DNA of 64,000 nucleotides from Macrostomum lignano (lineage: Eukaryota): NCBI GenBank assembly GCA_002269645.1, contig NIVC01000377.1:1-64000 (forward strand). The letters are read 5' to 3'. Both the position numbers and the translations under genes were made by a program. Positions 39,699-52,200 of this stretch are shown in pieces. How positions within the stretch are numbered: position 1 is the first letter of the stretch; the number at the start of each line of letters is the position of its first letter. The notes under the pieces were generated by a model. It was not told the DNA's origin. It saw nothing but the letters and a program-made list of their open reading frames with translations, and ran no database searches.

Positions 39699-42600
39699 AT
39701 GTCCGACGAAGCCGAAGAGCAACAGTGAGTTTTTTGTTCTATCAATCATTCTTTGCCATTCGCATATATTTACCCGTTGCTAAAGGACTCAAGTGTGGTA
39801 CATACGGGGGTGTCGGAGCAGCTTCGTGGTTCCATTCGACCTGCTCCTGTAGACCTGAGGGGTTTGGTGTGTGATTCACGTCCAGCCGCCGCTGCACACC
39901 CTGTGTTAGGATGCACCTGCTTATGCATCCGTGTGCGTGTTCGGGAGTCGAGCCCAGGACGCGTTACTGCTCCGCTCTCACCCTTGCAAGATGCACTATT
40001 TCAGACTACTTATATTTAAGCCATAGACAGAAAACGGGACGTCAAATTTACTCAAGTTCTGCTGCGCTTCCATTGACAGAGAGGAGCAGCCGACCACGGA
40101 GGAGGAGCCGCAGGCGTCTGCGTCATCCGCTGCGCCGGCCGATAAGCCGAGACCAGTTTTCGGCGGCGAGTGAGTCGCAATTTCCTTGGGGTTAATCCGC
40201 TTCTAGAAGCAATGAAACTGCTTAAAATGCTAAGATATTGACTTCAAATAGGCTTCGGTTAAAGCCTACAAAATGGAATTATAAAAACATGATTTTTCAG
40301 GGAAGATAGCGGACGAAACGAGGCCCAAATTCGGATGGAGGTGAGCTGATAACGATGAACAGTTTTCCTACTGATCTATGAACATTGAGCTCGCCAATTT
40401 CTAATAGAAAATTAATTTTCAATAACAGGAGGAGAAGAAGAAACGCATGGCCAAGATAGAGGAGGAGATGAAGGAGTACGAGGAGATGCGCAAAGAGGAG
40501 CGAGAGAAACTGCAGGCTGAGATTGCTGATCTGCGCTCCAAGAGGGTGAGCTGTCTTTTACAAGTCTTTACAGGTGCCATCTACGGTAAAAAAATGCAGC
40601 CATGTGTCAAGCCAAAACTGTCTTTTTCTTGCAGGAGCAACGCAAAAAGGAGCGAGCCGAAGAGGAGAAGCGCCTGGCTGAAATGCGGGCAGTTGAGGAG
40701 CAGAAGAGACGCGCTGAAGAGGTTTGCATTTTCTATGGTGTCTGCGGATGTACATTGCTTATGGGCTGTAAAATTGGGGTAGGGATAATGCCTCAATTGG
40801 GGTAAGAGTTGGGCCTCAATAAAATTGGGGTAGGAGTGGTGCCTCAATGAAATTGGGGTAAGAGTTGGGCCTCAATGAAACTGGGGTAAGAGTTGGGCCT
40901 CAATGAAACTGGGGTAAGGGTTGGGCCTCAATGAAATTGGGGTAAGAGTTAGGCGTCAATGAAATTGGGGTAAGAGTTGGGCCTCAATGAAATTGGGGTA
41001 AGAGTTGGGCCTCAATGAAATTGGGGTAAGAGTTGGGCCTCAATGAAATTGGGGTAAGAGTTGGGCCTCAATGAAATTGGGGTAAGAGTTGGGCCTCAAT
41101 GAAATTGAGGTAGGAGTGGTGCCTCAATAAAATTGAGGTAGGGGTGGTGCTTTAATGCAATCGGGGGTAGAAATGAGGGCTCAACTAATAAGGCAGACTG
41201 TGGTAGCTTGAAAGTGATCTTGACCCAGAAGCAAGCTGCTACCAATCCCCCCCCCACAGGAGGAGCGGCAGCGTCGCAAGCGAGAGGAAGAGGCGGTGCG
41301 CAAGGAGGAGCGGGAGAGGCGCAAGCGCGAAGCGGAGGAGCGGCTGAAAACGGAGAGCCAGCGGAACTTCACCATCAGCAAGAAGTCAGGCGGGGAGGTA
41401 GGTGCAGCTTCTACTGCTAGCAGTTGACTTGCTGCTATGCATTGAAGTTTAATACAAAAAAGGTTTACGCTGGTAGTTAAATAATTGTTTATGACTTGGA
41501 AATACATTTTCGATAATTCATTTTAATGCTTTCACACTTTTACAGCATGAGACTCAGGTAAACAGATTAAATATGCTTGCTCCCTGTTAAATTCGGCTTG
41601 CTATTCGGAGTGCTATTCAGATATGTACTTTTAACTCACCGCGATTGTTATTCAATACTGTAGACGAAATTATATGCCATATAGTAGATTTCATTGAAAT
41701 TGCACCAAAGAATTTCCTCAAATGGTGGCAGGCACGATGGCAAGATATTATTCTGGTGGCTGGTTGTGGATAAGGAAAATTTGCTTTCTATACTCGTACG
41801 GCGTATCACGAATAACCGGACAAACAATAATTTAGATTGCTTGACTTGACTTTTACAACGGAACAATCAATTCTTTATTCCTGCTATTCCATGTCTCCTA
41901 TACTACTTGAAGTAGCTGGTGAAATTCTGTCATCTCCGACTGTGGACTCTCTCCCCTGTCAAATGAATGTACATCTTTGGTGGGGGATTCTATACCCCTG
42001 TCAACTGAATGTACATCTTTGGTTGGGGGATTCTCTACCCCTGTCAACTGAATGTACATCTTTGGTTGGGGGATTCTTTACCCCTGTCAACTGAATGTAC
42101 ATCTTTGGTTGGGGGATTCTCTACCCTTCTCAAATGAATGTACATCTTTGGTTGGGGATTCTCTACCCTTGTCAAATGAATGTACATCTTTGGTGGGGGA
42201 TTCTCTACCCCTATCAAATGGATGTACACCTCCGGTGAGGGATTCTCTACCCCTATCAAATGAATGTACATCTCCGGTGGGGGGTTCTCTAGTCCAAGTA
42301 CGAGTAGTTTGGTAGTGGTAAAGGTCATGCACACATGCTATTTACTAGTATGTATCAAATAAATTAACCTAACATTATCGTCAAAGAATGAATGCACGCT
42401 ATCAGCTTGAAAAAAGATTTGCAGCTTAAATTTAATCTATAGCAAGACAATGATTAACTTCTCAGACTCAGACCAGTCGGCCTCATTATTAACTACCCCC
42501 TCCCTTAGGCTGGCATCGGGGGTCTGGACGAATCGAAGGAGGGCAAAAGCAAGGAGCAGCTGGACGCGGAGAAGAAGGCCACGCTGGAGCAGCGAGTGCA

Positions 42601-43608
42601 GCCGCTGAAAATTGACGGCTTCAGCGAGCAGCAGCTGCAGGAGAAGGCCAAGGAGCTGTTCAAGCGAATCTACGACTTAGAAGGCGATAAGTACGATCTT
42701 GAGCAGCGGTTCAAGACGCAGAACATGGAGGTGAGGCGCAGCCTCTGATTCATATTTGTCATATTCTATTTTTCACTTTTCTGTGGCAAAATTTCAGAAT
42801 TGGACTTGATTCAATTTCAGATTGTCGAGCTGTCGGAGCGAGCCCGGCAAATGCAGAAGGGGTTAGTATCCTTTGACAATTACCGCCTTTGACAGTTACC
42901 GCCTTTAATAGTTACCGCCTTTGATAGTTACCGCCTTTGATAGTTACCGCCTTTGATAGTTACCGCCTTTGATAGTTACCGCCTTTGATAGTTACCACCT
43001 TTGATAGTTACCGCCTTTGATAGTTACCGCCTTTGATAGTTACCGCCTTTGATAGTTACCGCCTTTGATAGTTACCGCCTTTAATAGTTACCGCCTTTGA
43101 TAGTTACCGCTTTTGATAGTTACCGCCTTTGATAGTTACCGCTTTTGATAGTTACCGCCTTTGATAGTTACCGCCTTTGATAGTTACCGCCTTTGATAGT
43201 TACCGCCTTTGATAGTTACCGCCTTTGACAGTTACCGTCTTTGATAGTTACCGTCTTTGATAGTTACCGCCTTTGATAGTTACCGCCTTTGATAGACCTT
43301 TGATAGACCTTTGATAGATTACAAGTTATCACGTCTCTTCATTACAGAGGCCAAAAAGGATCGAGCAGCAAGGTGCAGACTGCTCCGTAAGTGTAAAAAG
43401 GAATTAAAAATACTGAACTTTTGTTTTATATTTAAAGATACAAAATATTACTTATTTTTTATTCTACAACTATTTGTAGTGACCCCCTTGCCGAGAAGCT
43501 TAGCGGAATTCCGGTACGTCCGTTGACTGTGAAAATTAGATAAATCATAATATATTATATAGATTGATAGATTGAAAGACACACAGACAGAGAGACAGAC
43601 AGACAGTC

Positions 43609-43673
<65 letters not shown>

Positions 43674-43980
43674 GACAGACAGACAGAGACAGACAGACAG
43701 TCAGACACTCAGCTAACTGTCCCGCTGTCTCGCCCTCCAGCCCAAGATCATCATGTACAGCCAATACGAGCGAGTGAAGGACCATCGTGGCTTCGACGAG
43801 CGCCAGGAGCTGTACAAAGGCCCGCAGTACGGCGTTGAGTACCAGCGCATCAAGCCGACGAGCAAAGTGATCATCACCGACCAGGGGCCGCGGGTTATCG
43901 GCTCCGCCGAGGACGGCAACCACGAAGACGGTGGCGCCGAGGCGGCGCAGCCAGCTGAAGCGGAGGCCGCGGCGGAGTGA
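39699..43980 (+). CDS. TNNT: Troponin T, ~357 aa, 11 coding exons
   Basis: Exons 39699-39724, 40080-40169, 40301-40340, 40429-40545, 40635-40721, 41260-41397, 42509-42730, 42821-42861, 43348-43386, 43480-43513, 43741-43980 total 1074 nt, all GT-AG and in phase. Motifs: MSDE acidic N-terminus; [26 protein letters not shown]; [25 protein letters not shown]; [20 protein letters not shown]; [17 protein letters not shown] (typical of invertebrate troponin T). Confidence 0.92.
40771..41150. repeat. 28-bp minisatellite (AATTGGGGTAAGAGTTGGGCCTCAATGA), TnT intron 5
   Basis: Tandem 28-mers. Confidence 0.94.
41955..42290. repeat. 42-43-bp minisatellite (GAATGTACATCTTTGGTTGGGGGATTCTCTACCCCTGTCAACT), TnT intron 6
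   Basis: 43-nt period, about 8 copies. Confidence 0.92.
42880..43320. repeat. 16-bp minisatellite (GATAGTTACCGCCTTT), TnT intron 8
   Basis: 16-nt period. Confidence 0.96.
43575..43705. repeat. (GACA)n microsatellite, TnT intron 10
   Basis: Imperfect tetranucleotide run. Confidence 0.92.
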
Positions 43981-45464
43981 TCGCCGATCTAGCTTTTTTG
44001 TCATCGGCTTTTCTACAACTGTAGGCCAGAGTGAGTTCACTGCTCGAGTCCGGCCTACTGATGGCATAGCAGGCTTGAGCAGGGGAATTGAAAAACTCTC
44101 ACCAATCAACCTTACACCGTCACGCGTGCCCGCCTCCCCACTGTTGTTCGCTGCTGCACTTGTAAATCTATTAGCGACTTGGCTGCAATTATCATAATCT
44201 GCAGCCCTGGTGATTTGTTAGGTTTTGTAGGAGAGGCATCAATGCTAGGCCAGAGCCTCGTGAACTGCCTTATTGTACAGTTTTTGCTTCATCAAGACTC
44301 GTCAAAATCGAATGTGTGCCCATTTGTATGCACTAAATTCAACAGTTCTTTATTTAAAATCTATTTAAAAATTGTAGGATTATAACAAAAAAGTGCATTC
44401 AGCCATCTAGTACTCTCGATTAGTTGAAATATATTTCACATAATTATTTCTCTGTACTTTGATCGCTCGCCTACCTCGCTTCTTATCAGTAAGATTGAAA
44501 ATTTAATTAGTTAATTGCAATCATAGCCAAGGACGTTTATGGGTCAATAGTGATCAAGGAAAGTTACAAGGACTTTTAGAGCTAGACTGGGCATACGTTA
44601 CTGTCTGGTGTGAAATTCAATTTATTGAAGCCCCACTTCTAGCTGCACTTTTAACTGCCTATTTAACACATTTTTTGCTGAGGTGGTGCGAATATTTTCT
44701 TTGTGAAAGATAGTTAAATTTTGCTTTCTGTTGCCTCCAAACGTAGCGGAAACATGTTTTATCATTACTCGACTAAGTGGCTTTTTACTCTAGGCATTAC
44801 TCCGAATTCAGCATTCATAAATATAGTCTGCATCTATGTGTATTGATTGACATTTAGCAATAGATCATAGGGTTAGTCAACTATTCAATCAAGCTTTTAA
44901 ACCGTTTTGTTTCTGTGTACACTATAAATATGTACACAGTGTTTTTAAACGCGCTGTTTATTTATTAGTCAAATATATATATTTATATACAATTCATATT
45001 TATACAATTCATATTTATTACTGAATAGCAATAATCGCTTGTGCCGCCGAAATGCTAACACAATCAATCTATGCAGTTGTGTCCATCATACTGTCTGTTT
45101 CGTTTTGTATATTTAACTAAACAAACAATGGCTCCTTGATTGCAAGAACAGCACTTGCAAATAATGGCTCATCAACTCTTCTTAGTAGCAAGATTAGCGT
45201 TTTCGCCCATATAAAGTAAAATTTAGAATTTATTTAATAGAAGTAATATTAGAAATTCTAACATTTATGAGCTTTTTAAAGTTTTACAAGCTGCAAGAAT
45301 TGTCTCCCGCTTTCAACAAGCAGATCCATTAAATTTGCATCTGAATCCTGTTTGAAGCTGCATGTATAGCGAACAAGAAAGAAAAGGTGTGGTGCCCCAG
45401 CCCCAGTCAGGCCGATAAACAGTTTGGCTTTCATCTTGCCCGCTCGTGTCTGATTTTGATCTCT

Positions 45465-45662
45465 CTCCCTACTTCTCTCTCATTGGCTGAGCTAGATCAG
45501 GCCTGCCCCTAGTCTCTCCCTACTGCTCTCTCATTGGCTGTGCTAGATTGGGCCTGCCACTAGTCTCTCCCTACTGCTCTCTCATTGGCTGTGCTAGATT
45601 GGGCCTGCCACTAGTCTCTCCCTACTGCTCTCTCATTGGCTGTGCTAGATTGGGCCTGCTCC
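45465..45662. repeat. 51-bp tandem repeat (about 3.7 copies), intergenic
   Basis: CTAGTCTCTCCCTACTGCTCTCTCATTGGCTGTGCTAGATTGGGCCTGCCA; period seen at 45541 and 45592. Confidence 0.88.
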
Positions 45663-46269
45663 TAGGTTGAGTTTCGTCCATCTTACGTTCACTTGTGTTA
45701 TGTGTACATCGATTTATTTTTTTGTTCATTCTTAATCCCATATGCTGCTGAGGCCGCAAACCCCGAGGAAGGAAAGGGAAAGGAATTTTTGCTGCCACAT
45801 TGAATTTAAGTGACACTGTGCAGGCAAACTACTAAAAAAGAGTAGACAATCTGCTTTTTTGTTTATTTACGAGTGGCATATCTAGGTATTTTAGTATCTG
45901 TACAAAATAGGGAGATCCAGAGGTAAATGTGAATAAATTTTAAATTTCATATCGATTTTTTAGATTTAAAGACACATTACACCAAGCAGATAGCATACAC
46001 TGAGGAACCATACAGAATTACAAAATGTCATCATTAAATGATTAATAGCAAGAAAAGAATAACAAACTGTACACAAAGATTGTCCGGCAATGCTACTACA
46101 GCTCGTGAACAGTAGTGTAGTGTGAGGCATTCATTATAAAATAGTGACAAACAAAGCAATTGCATATCAATTTAAGAAATAGTATGCATATATAGCCTTA
46201 TGAAAACAGTTAGATCACAATAAATGAATCCTGGTCATACGTAAACTAGGTCTTAGTCAGATCAGCCAG

Positions 46270-49200
46270 TCAGTCAGACTCCAGCGGCTTAGCTGGGCAG
46301 TCCCCACAGGCGATGCCGCTGTCTTGTGACCGGCCAGCCGCTTGCCGCAGGCGCAGGTTCTCCCTGCGCAGGCCGTCGAGCTGCTCGCGCATGTCGGCTC
46401 GCTCCACCAGCAGCTGCTGGCGCCACTGCTTGGCAGCGGAGTCAGCGTCCGCCAGCCGCAGCTCGCAGACCTGCCGCACCGACCGCAGCTCCGCCTCGGC
46501 GGCCACTCGGCGGTCCCGCTCGGCGTCGCAGCGGACCCGCAGCTGGCCCAGCTGGTCAAGGAGCCGCTGGCAGCGCCGCTCAGATTGCAGCAGCTGCTCA
46601 TCCGGCACCGCCGCTGCGGCCGTGGCCGATGACGTCATCAGGCTCTCGGAGCTGCGTCGTCGGCGCTCCGGCTGAGCCAGCTGGTGGGCGCTCTTCGACT
46701 TCTGCACGGCTGCGGCTTCGGCTGCCGAAGCGGCGTCTCCGTCGGCGTTTTCGTAGTAGCCAGCGTCTCGCGAGCGACCGCGGCCGCCGCCGGAGCTGCG
46801 AGAGAACATCAGCAGGCGCTTGAAGCCGCTGCCTCCGCTGCCACCGCCGCTGCCGGTTTGGTCGGCGAGGTTCGCTGACTTCCACTTCTTGGAGCGGAAG
46901 AAGCCCAGCCGTCGCGACGACTTCCTGGTGAGCGCCCCGCCGCCGGGACTGCCGCCGCCTCCGCCCCCGTCAGCCGGTTGCAGCGGCGGCGGAGTTGTCG
47001 TGGAGGAAGACGACGAAATCTCAAAGGCGCCTGCACCACCTGAGCGATGATCGCCGAATGGTTCGAGGTCAGCTGAGGACACGCCGGAGCTGAAGCTCTG
47101 ATCTGCAAGCGGCGTGTGTTGTTTTTTCTAAACAATGTCGTCTGTTTGGTTTTGTGGAATGCACTGCCATTTTCATACTGGCGGCGCAGGGCCCGCAACT
47201 TACCGTACTTGGCGCTCAGGTAGCTGCGAAAGTCGATCAGGCTGCGCAATTGTTTTCCAATCTCTGCTGCCGAGATTCTGAGCTGCGGCATCTAAAATTG
47301 GAATGAGTTTCAGTGATGCAACTACAGTTTGACAACCAATTTTGATTGATGGAGTGTGTTTAAGCTGTTGTTTTCACTGAACCATGACCTTAGCATGACC
47401 CTAGCATGACTCTAGCATGACTCTAGCATGACCCTAGCATGACTCTAGCATGACTCTAGCATGACTCTAGCATGACCCTAGCATGACTCTAGCATGACTC
47501 TAGCATGACTCTAGCATGACTTTAGCATGGCTCTAGCATGACCCTAGCATGGCTCTAGCATGACCCTAGCATGACTCTAGCATGACCCTGGCATGACCCT
47601 AGCATGACTCTAGCATGACTCTAGCATGACCCTAGCATGACTCTAGCATGACTCTAGCATGACTTTAGCATGGCTCTAGCATGACCCTAGCATGGCTCTA
47701 GCATGACCCTAGCATGACTCTAGCATGACCCTGGCATGACTCTAGCATGACTCTAGCATTCCATCTGGACTTAGACTCTCAGCGTCAAAATCTGACAAAG
47801 ACTACACCTGTCTAATTATCAGTATGTGACAAAGACTACACCTGTCTAATTATCAGTATGTGACAAAGACTACACTTCTCTATGAATGAGCAGAGGCAGA
47901 GAAACGGCAGCTTACGCTGTGCAGGCAGGATCGAATCAGATGGTCCAACGCCGCTGTGAGCTCTTTAGGCAGCAGCGGGGAGCTGAGCATGAGCGGGGGC
48001 GGCTGAGCACCTGCTGAGCAGTCGCTGGGCTGGCGGCCGTGAGAGAACAAAGACCAGACCAGCAGGCCGAGCGCCCAGACATCCGACGCGCAGGTGGGCA
48101 GCTGCCTGGCGCCACTCGCGATCTCCGGACACAGAGGCGCCACTCGGCAGTACTTGCGCCACATCAGATGAACCAGAGGTCGCGGGCTCGAATCCTCGAA
48201 TCGGGCGAACTCCAAGCCGGAGACTTTCACGGTGAATCTGTCGGATCGTTCTAGCAGGCAGTTGTCCAGGACCTGTCGAGTCAATTCGGGGGTAGACATT
48301 CGGTTTATACTACTTAACGCTATTCGTGAGATTTAGCTTTTAACTTTTATTAAAGTGAATTACATACAAATATTCAGATCTGGTCAAACTAAATGCTTTC
48401 CTTCAATCATTGTCATATCATATTTTATTTTGAGTTCTAATTTTGTCAAAAATGAGGTCAGAATCAGAATCAGAAACTGCTCATTGGGTCATTTCATAGA
48501 CGGTCAAAGATCAGGGTCATAAATCAAGGGTCATAGTTAAGAGGGTCAAAGTCCGAAGGGTTATGGATCAGAGGGTCATAGATTAGAGGGTCATAGATTA
48601 GAGGGTCATAGATTAGAGGGTCAAAGATTAGAGAGTCATAGGTTAGAGTGTCATAGATTAGAGTGTCATAGATTAGAGTGTCATAGATTAGAGTGTCATA
48701 GATTAGAGGGTCATAGATTAGAGGATTATAAATTAGAGGATTATAAATTAGAGGGTCATAGATTAGAGGGTCAAAGATAGAGGGTCATAGATTAGAGGTT
48801 TATAAATTAGAGGGTCATAGACTAGAGGGTCAAAGATAGAGGGTCATAGATCAGAGGGTCGTAGATCAGAGGGTCGTAGATTAGAGGGTCATAGATCAGA
48901 GGGTCAAAGATTAGAGGGTCATAGATTAGAGGGGCATAGATTAGAGGGCCATAGATTAGAGGATTATAAATTAGAGGGTCATAGATCAGAGGGTCATAGA
49001 TCAGAGGGTCATAGATTAGAGGGGCATAGATTAGAGGGTCATAGATTAGAGGATTATAAATTAGAGGGTCATAGATCAGAGGGTCATAGATCAGAGGGTC
49101 ATAGATTAGAGGGGCATAGATTAGAGGGTCATAGATCAGAGGGTCAAAGATTAGAGGGTCATAGATTAGAGGGGCATAGATTAGAGGGCCATAGATTAGA

Positions 49201-52200
49201 GGATTATAAATTAGAGGGTCATAGATCAGAGGGTCATAGATCAGAGGGTCATAGATTAGAGGGGCATAGATTAGAGGGTCATAGATTAGAGGATTATAAA
49301 TTAGAGGGTCATAGATCAGAGGGTCATAGATCAGAGGGTCATAGATTAGAGGGGCATAGATTAGGTCATAATCAGAATATTATTATTCAAAGGAAGTGGA
49401 TCATAGCTTATATGAGGTCATAGCTCAGAAAGTCATAGCTCAGACGAGGGGACAACTCATTAAGGGTCACTAAGTGCAGATTAGTGCTTAGCTTGGCACT
49501 GATGGGAGCAAACAATACAATAGCTGCAATTCACCAGCTCGTTGTGCACGACGCCCTTTCTGTGCAGGTAGGCGGAGGCGTTGGCCACCTGGCCGCCGAA
49601 GCTGATTAGGATTTCCCAGTCTCTCAGCAGCCGTTCGCCCTGCTTGTGCAGGAATTGACGCAAACTGCCGCAGTTGATGTGCTCGGTGATGAGGCAGTAG
49701 CCGGACATTGGGTGGCCGGGCGTGTGGTGCAGGCCCAGCAGCTTGATGAGGTTGGCGTGGTCCAGCAGCCTTTGGTGGGTGTTAGAAATGTTCCATTTTT
49801 GACAGGGTTTTACAAATCAATTTTGAAGTATGGCTCACTCTGGGTGCACCGCTACTAATAGAAAAGTTGTTGCATGATTGAGTCTGTTCTGTAAGCATGT
49901 AGGCTGTTCTGTAAGCATGTAGGCTGTTCTGTAAGCATGTAGGCTGTTCTGTAAGCATGTAGGCTGTTCTGTAAGCATGTAGGCTGTTCTGTAAGCATGT
50001 AGGCTGTTCTGTAAGCATGTAGGCTGTTCTGTAAGCATGTAGGCTGTTCTGTAAGCATGTAGGCTGTTCTGTAAGCATGTAGGCTGTTCTGTAAGCATGT
50101 AGGCTGTTCTGTAAGCATGTAGGCTGTTCTGTAAGCATGTAGGCTGTTCTGTAAGCATGTAGGCTGTTCTGTAAGCATGTAGGCTGTTCTGTAAGCATGT
50201 AGGCTGTTCTGTAAGCATGTAGGCTGTTCTGTAAGCATGTAGGCTGTTCTGTAAGCATGTAGGCTGTTCTGTAAGCATGTAGGCTGTTCTGTAAGCATGT
50301 AGGCTGTTCTGTAAGCATGTAGGCTGTTCTGTAAGCATGTAGGCTGTTCTGTAAGCATGTAGGCTGTTCTGTAAGCATGTAGGCTGTTCTGTAAGCATGT
50401 AGGCTGTTCTGTAAGCATGTAGGCTGTTCTGTAAGCATGTAGGCTGTTCTGTAAGCATGTAGGCTGTTCTGTAAGCATGTAGGCTGTTCTGTAGGCATGT
50501 AGGCTGTTCTGTAAGCATGTAGGCTGTTCTGTAAGCATGTAGGCTGTTCTGTAAGCATGTAGGCTGTTCTGTAAGCATGTAGGCTGTTCTGTAAGCATGT
50601 AGGCTGTTCTGTAAGCATGTAGGCTGTTCTGTAAGCATGTAGGCTGTTCTGTAAGCATGTAGGCTGTTCTGTAAGCATGTAGGCTGTTCTGTAAGCATGT
50701 AGGCTGTTCTGTAAGCATGTAGGCTGTTCTGTAAGCATGTAGGCTGTTCTGTAAGCATGTAGGCTGTTCTGTAAGCATGTAGGCTGTTCTGTAAGCATGT
50801 AGGCTGTTCTGTAAGCATGTAGGCTGTTCTGTAAGCATGTAGGCTGTTCTGTAAGCATGTAGGCTGTTCTGTAAGCATGTAGGCTGTTCTGTAAGCATGT
50901 AGGCTGTTCTGTAAGCATGTAGGCTGTTCTGTAAGCATGTAGGCTGTTCTGTAAGCATGTAGGCTGTTCTGTAAGCATGTAGGCTGTTCTGTAAGCATGT
51001 AGGCTGTTCTGTAAGCATGTAGGCTGTTCTGTAAGCATGTAGGCTGTTCTGTAAGCATGTAGGCTGTTCTGTAAGCATGTAGGCTGTTCTGTAAGCATGT
51101 AGGCTGTTCTGTAGCATGTAGGCTGTTCTGTAAGCATCTAAGCTGTTCTGTAAGCATGTAGGCTGTTCTGTAAGCATGTAGGCTGTTCTGTAAGCATGTA
51201 GGCTGTTCTGTAAGCATGTAGGCTGTTCTGTAAGCATGTAGGCTGTTCTGTAAGCATGTAGGCTGTTCTGTAAGCATGTAGGCTGTTCTGTAAGCATGTA
51301 GGCTGTTCTGTAAGCATGTAGGCTGTTCTGTAAGCATGTAGGCTGTTCTGTAAGCATGTAGGCTGTTCTGTAAGCATGTAGGCTGTTCTGTAAGCATGTA
51401 GGCTGTTCTGTAAGCATGTAGGCTGTTCTGTAAGCATGTAGGCTGTTCTGTAAGCATGTAGGCTGTTCTGTAAGCATGTAGGCTGTTCTGTAAGCATGTA
51501 GGCTGTTCTGTAAGCATGTAGGCTGTTCTGTAAGCATGTAGGCTGTTCTGTAAGCATGTAGGCTGTTCTGTAAGCATGTAGGCTGTTCTGTAAGCATGTA
51601 GGCTGTTCTGTAAGCATGTAGGCTGTTCTGTAAGCATGTAGGCTGTTCTGTAAGCATGTAGGCTGTTCTGTAAGCATGTAGGCTGTTCTGTAAGCATGTA
51701 GGCTGTTCTGTAAGCATGTAGGCTGTTCTGTAAGCATGTAGGCTGTTCTGTAAGCATGTAGGCTGTTCTGTAAGCATGTAGGCTGTTCTGTAAGCATGTA
51801 GGCTGTTCTGTAAGCATGTAGGCTGTTCTGTAAGCATGTAGGCTGTTCTGTAAGCATGTAGGCTGTTCTGTAAGCATGTAGGCTGTTCTGTAAGCATGTA
51901 GGCTGTTCTGTAAGCATGTAGGCTGTTCTGTAAGCATGTAGGCTGTTCTGTAAGCATGTAGGCTGTTCTGTAAGCATGTAGGCTGTTCTGTAAGCATGTA
52001 GGCTGTTCTGTAAGCATGTAGGCTGTTCTGTAAGCATGTAGGCTGTTCTGTAAGCATGTAGGCTGTTCTGTAAGCATGTAGGCTGTTCTGTAAGCATGTA
52101 GGCTGTTCTGTAAGCATGTAGGCTGTTCTGTAAGCATGTAGGCTGTTCTGTAAGCATGTAGGCTGTTCTGTAAGCATGTAGGCTGTTCTGTAAGCATGTA

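Noticed and set aside
42866-42874. GTATCCTTT, a U12-like donor in troponin T intron 8
   Set aside because: Using it breaks phase with the downstream exons. The GTTAGT donor 4 nt upstream gives the correct frame, and no U12 branch point precedes the acceptor.
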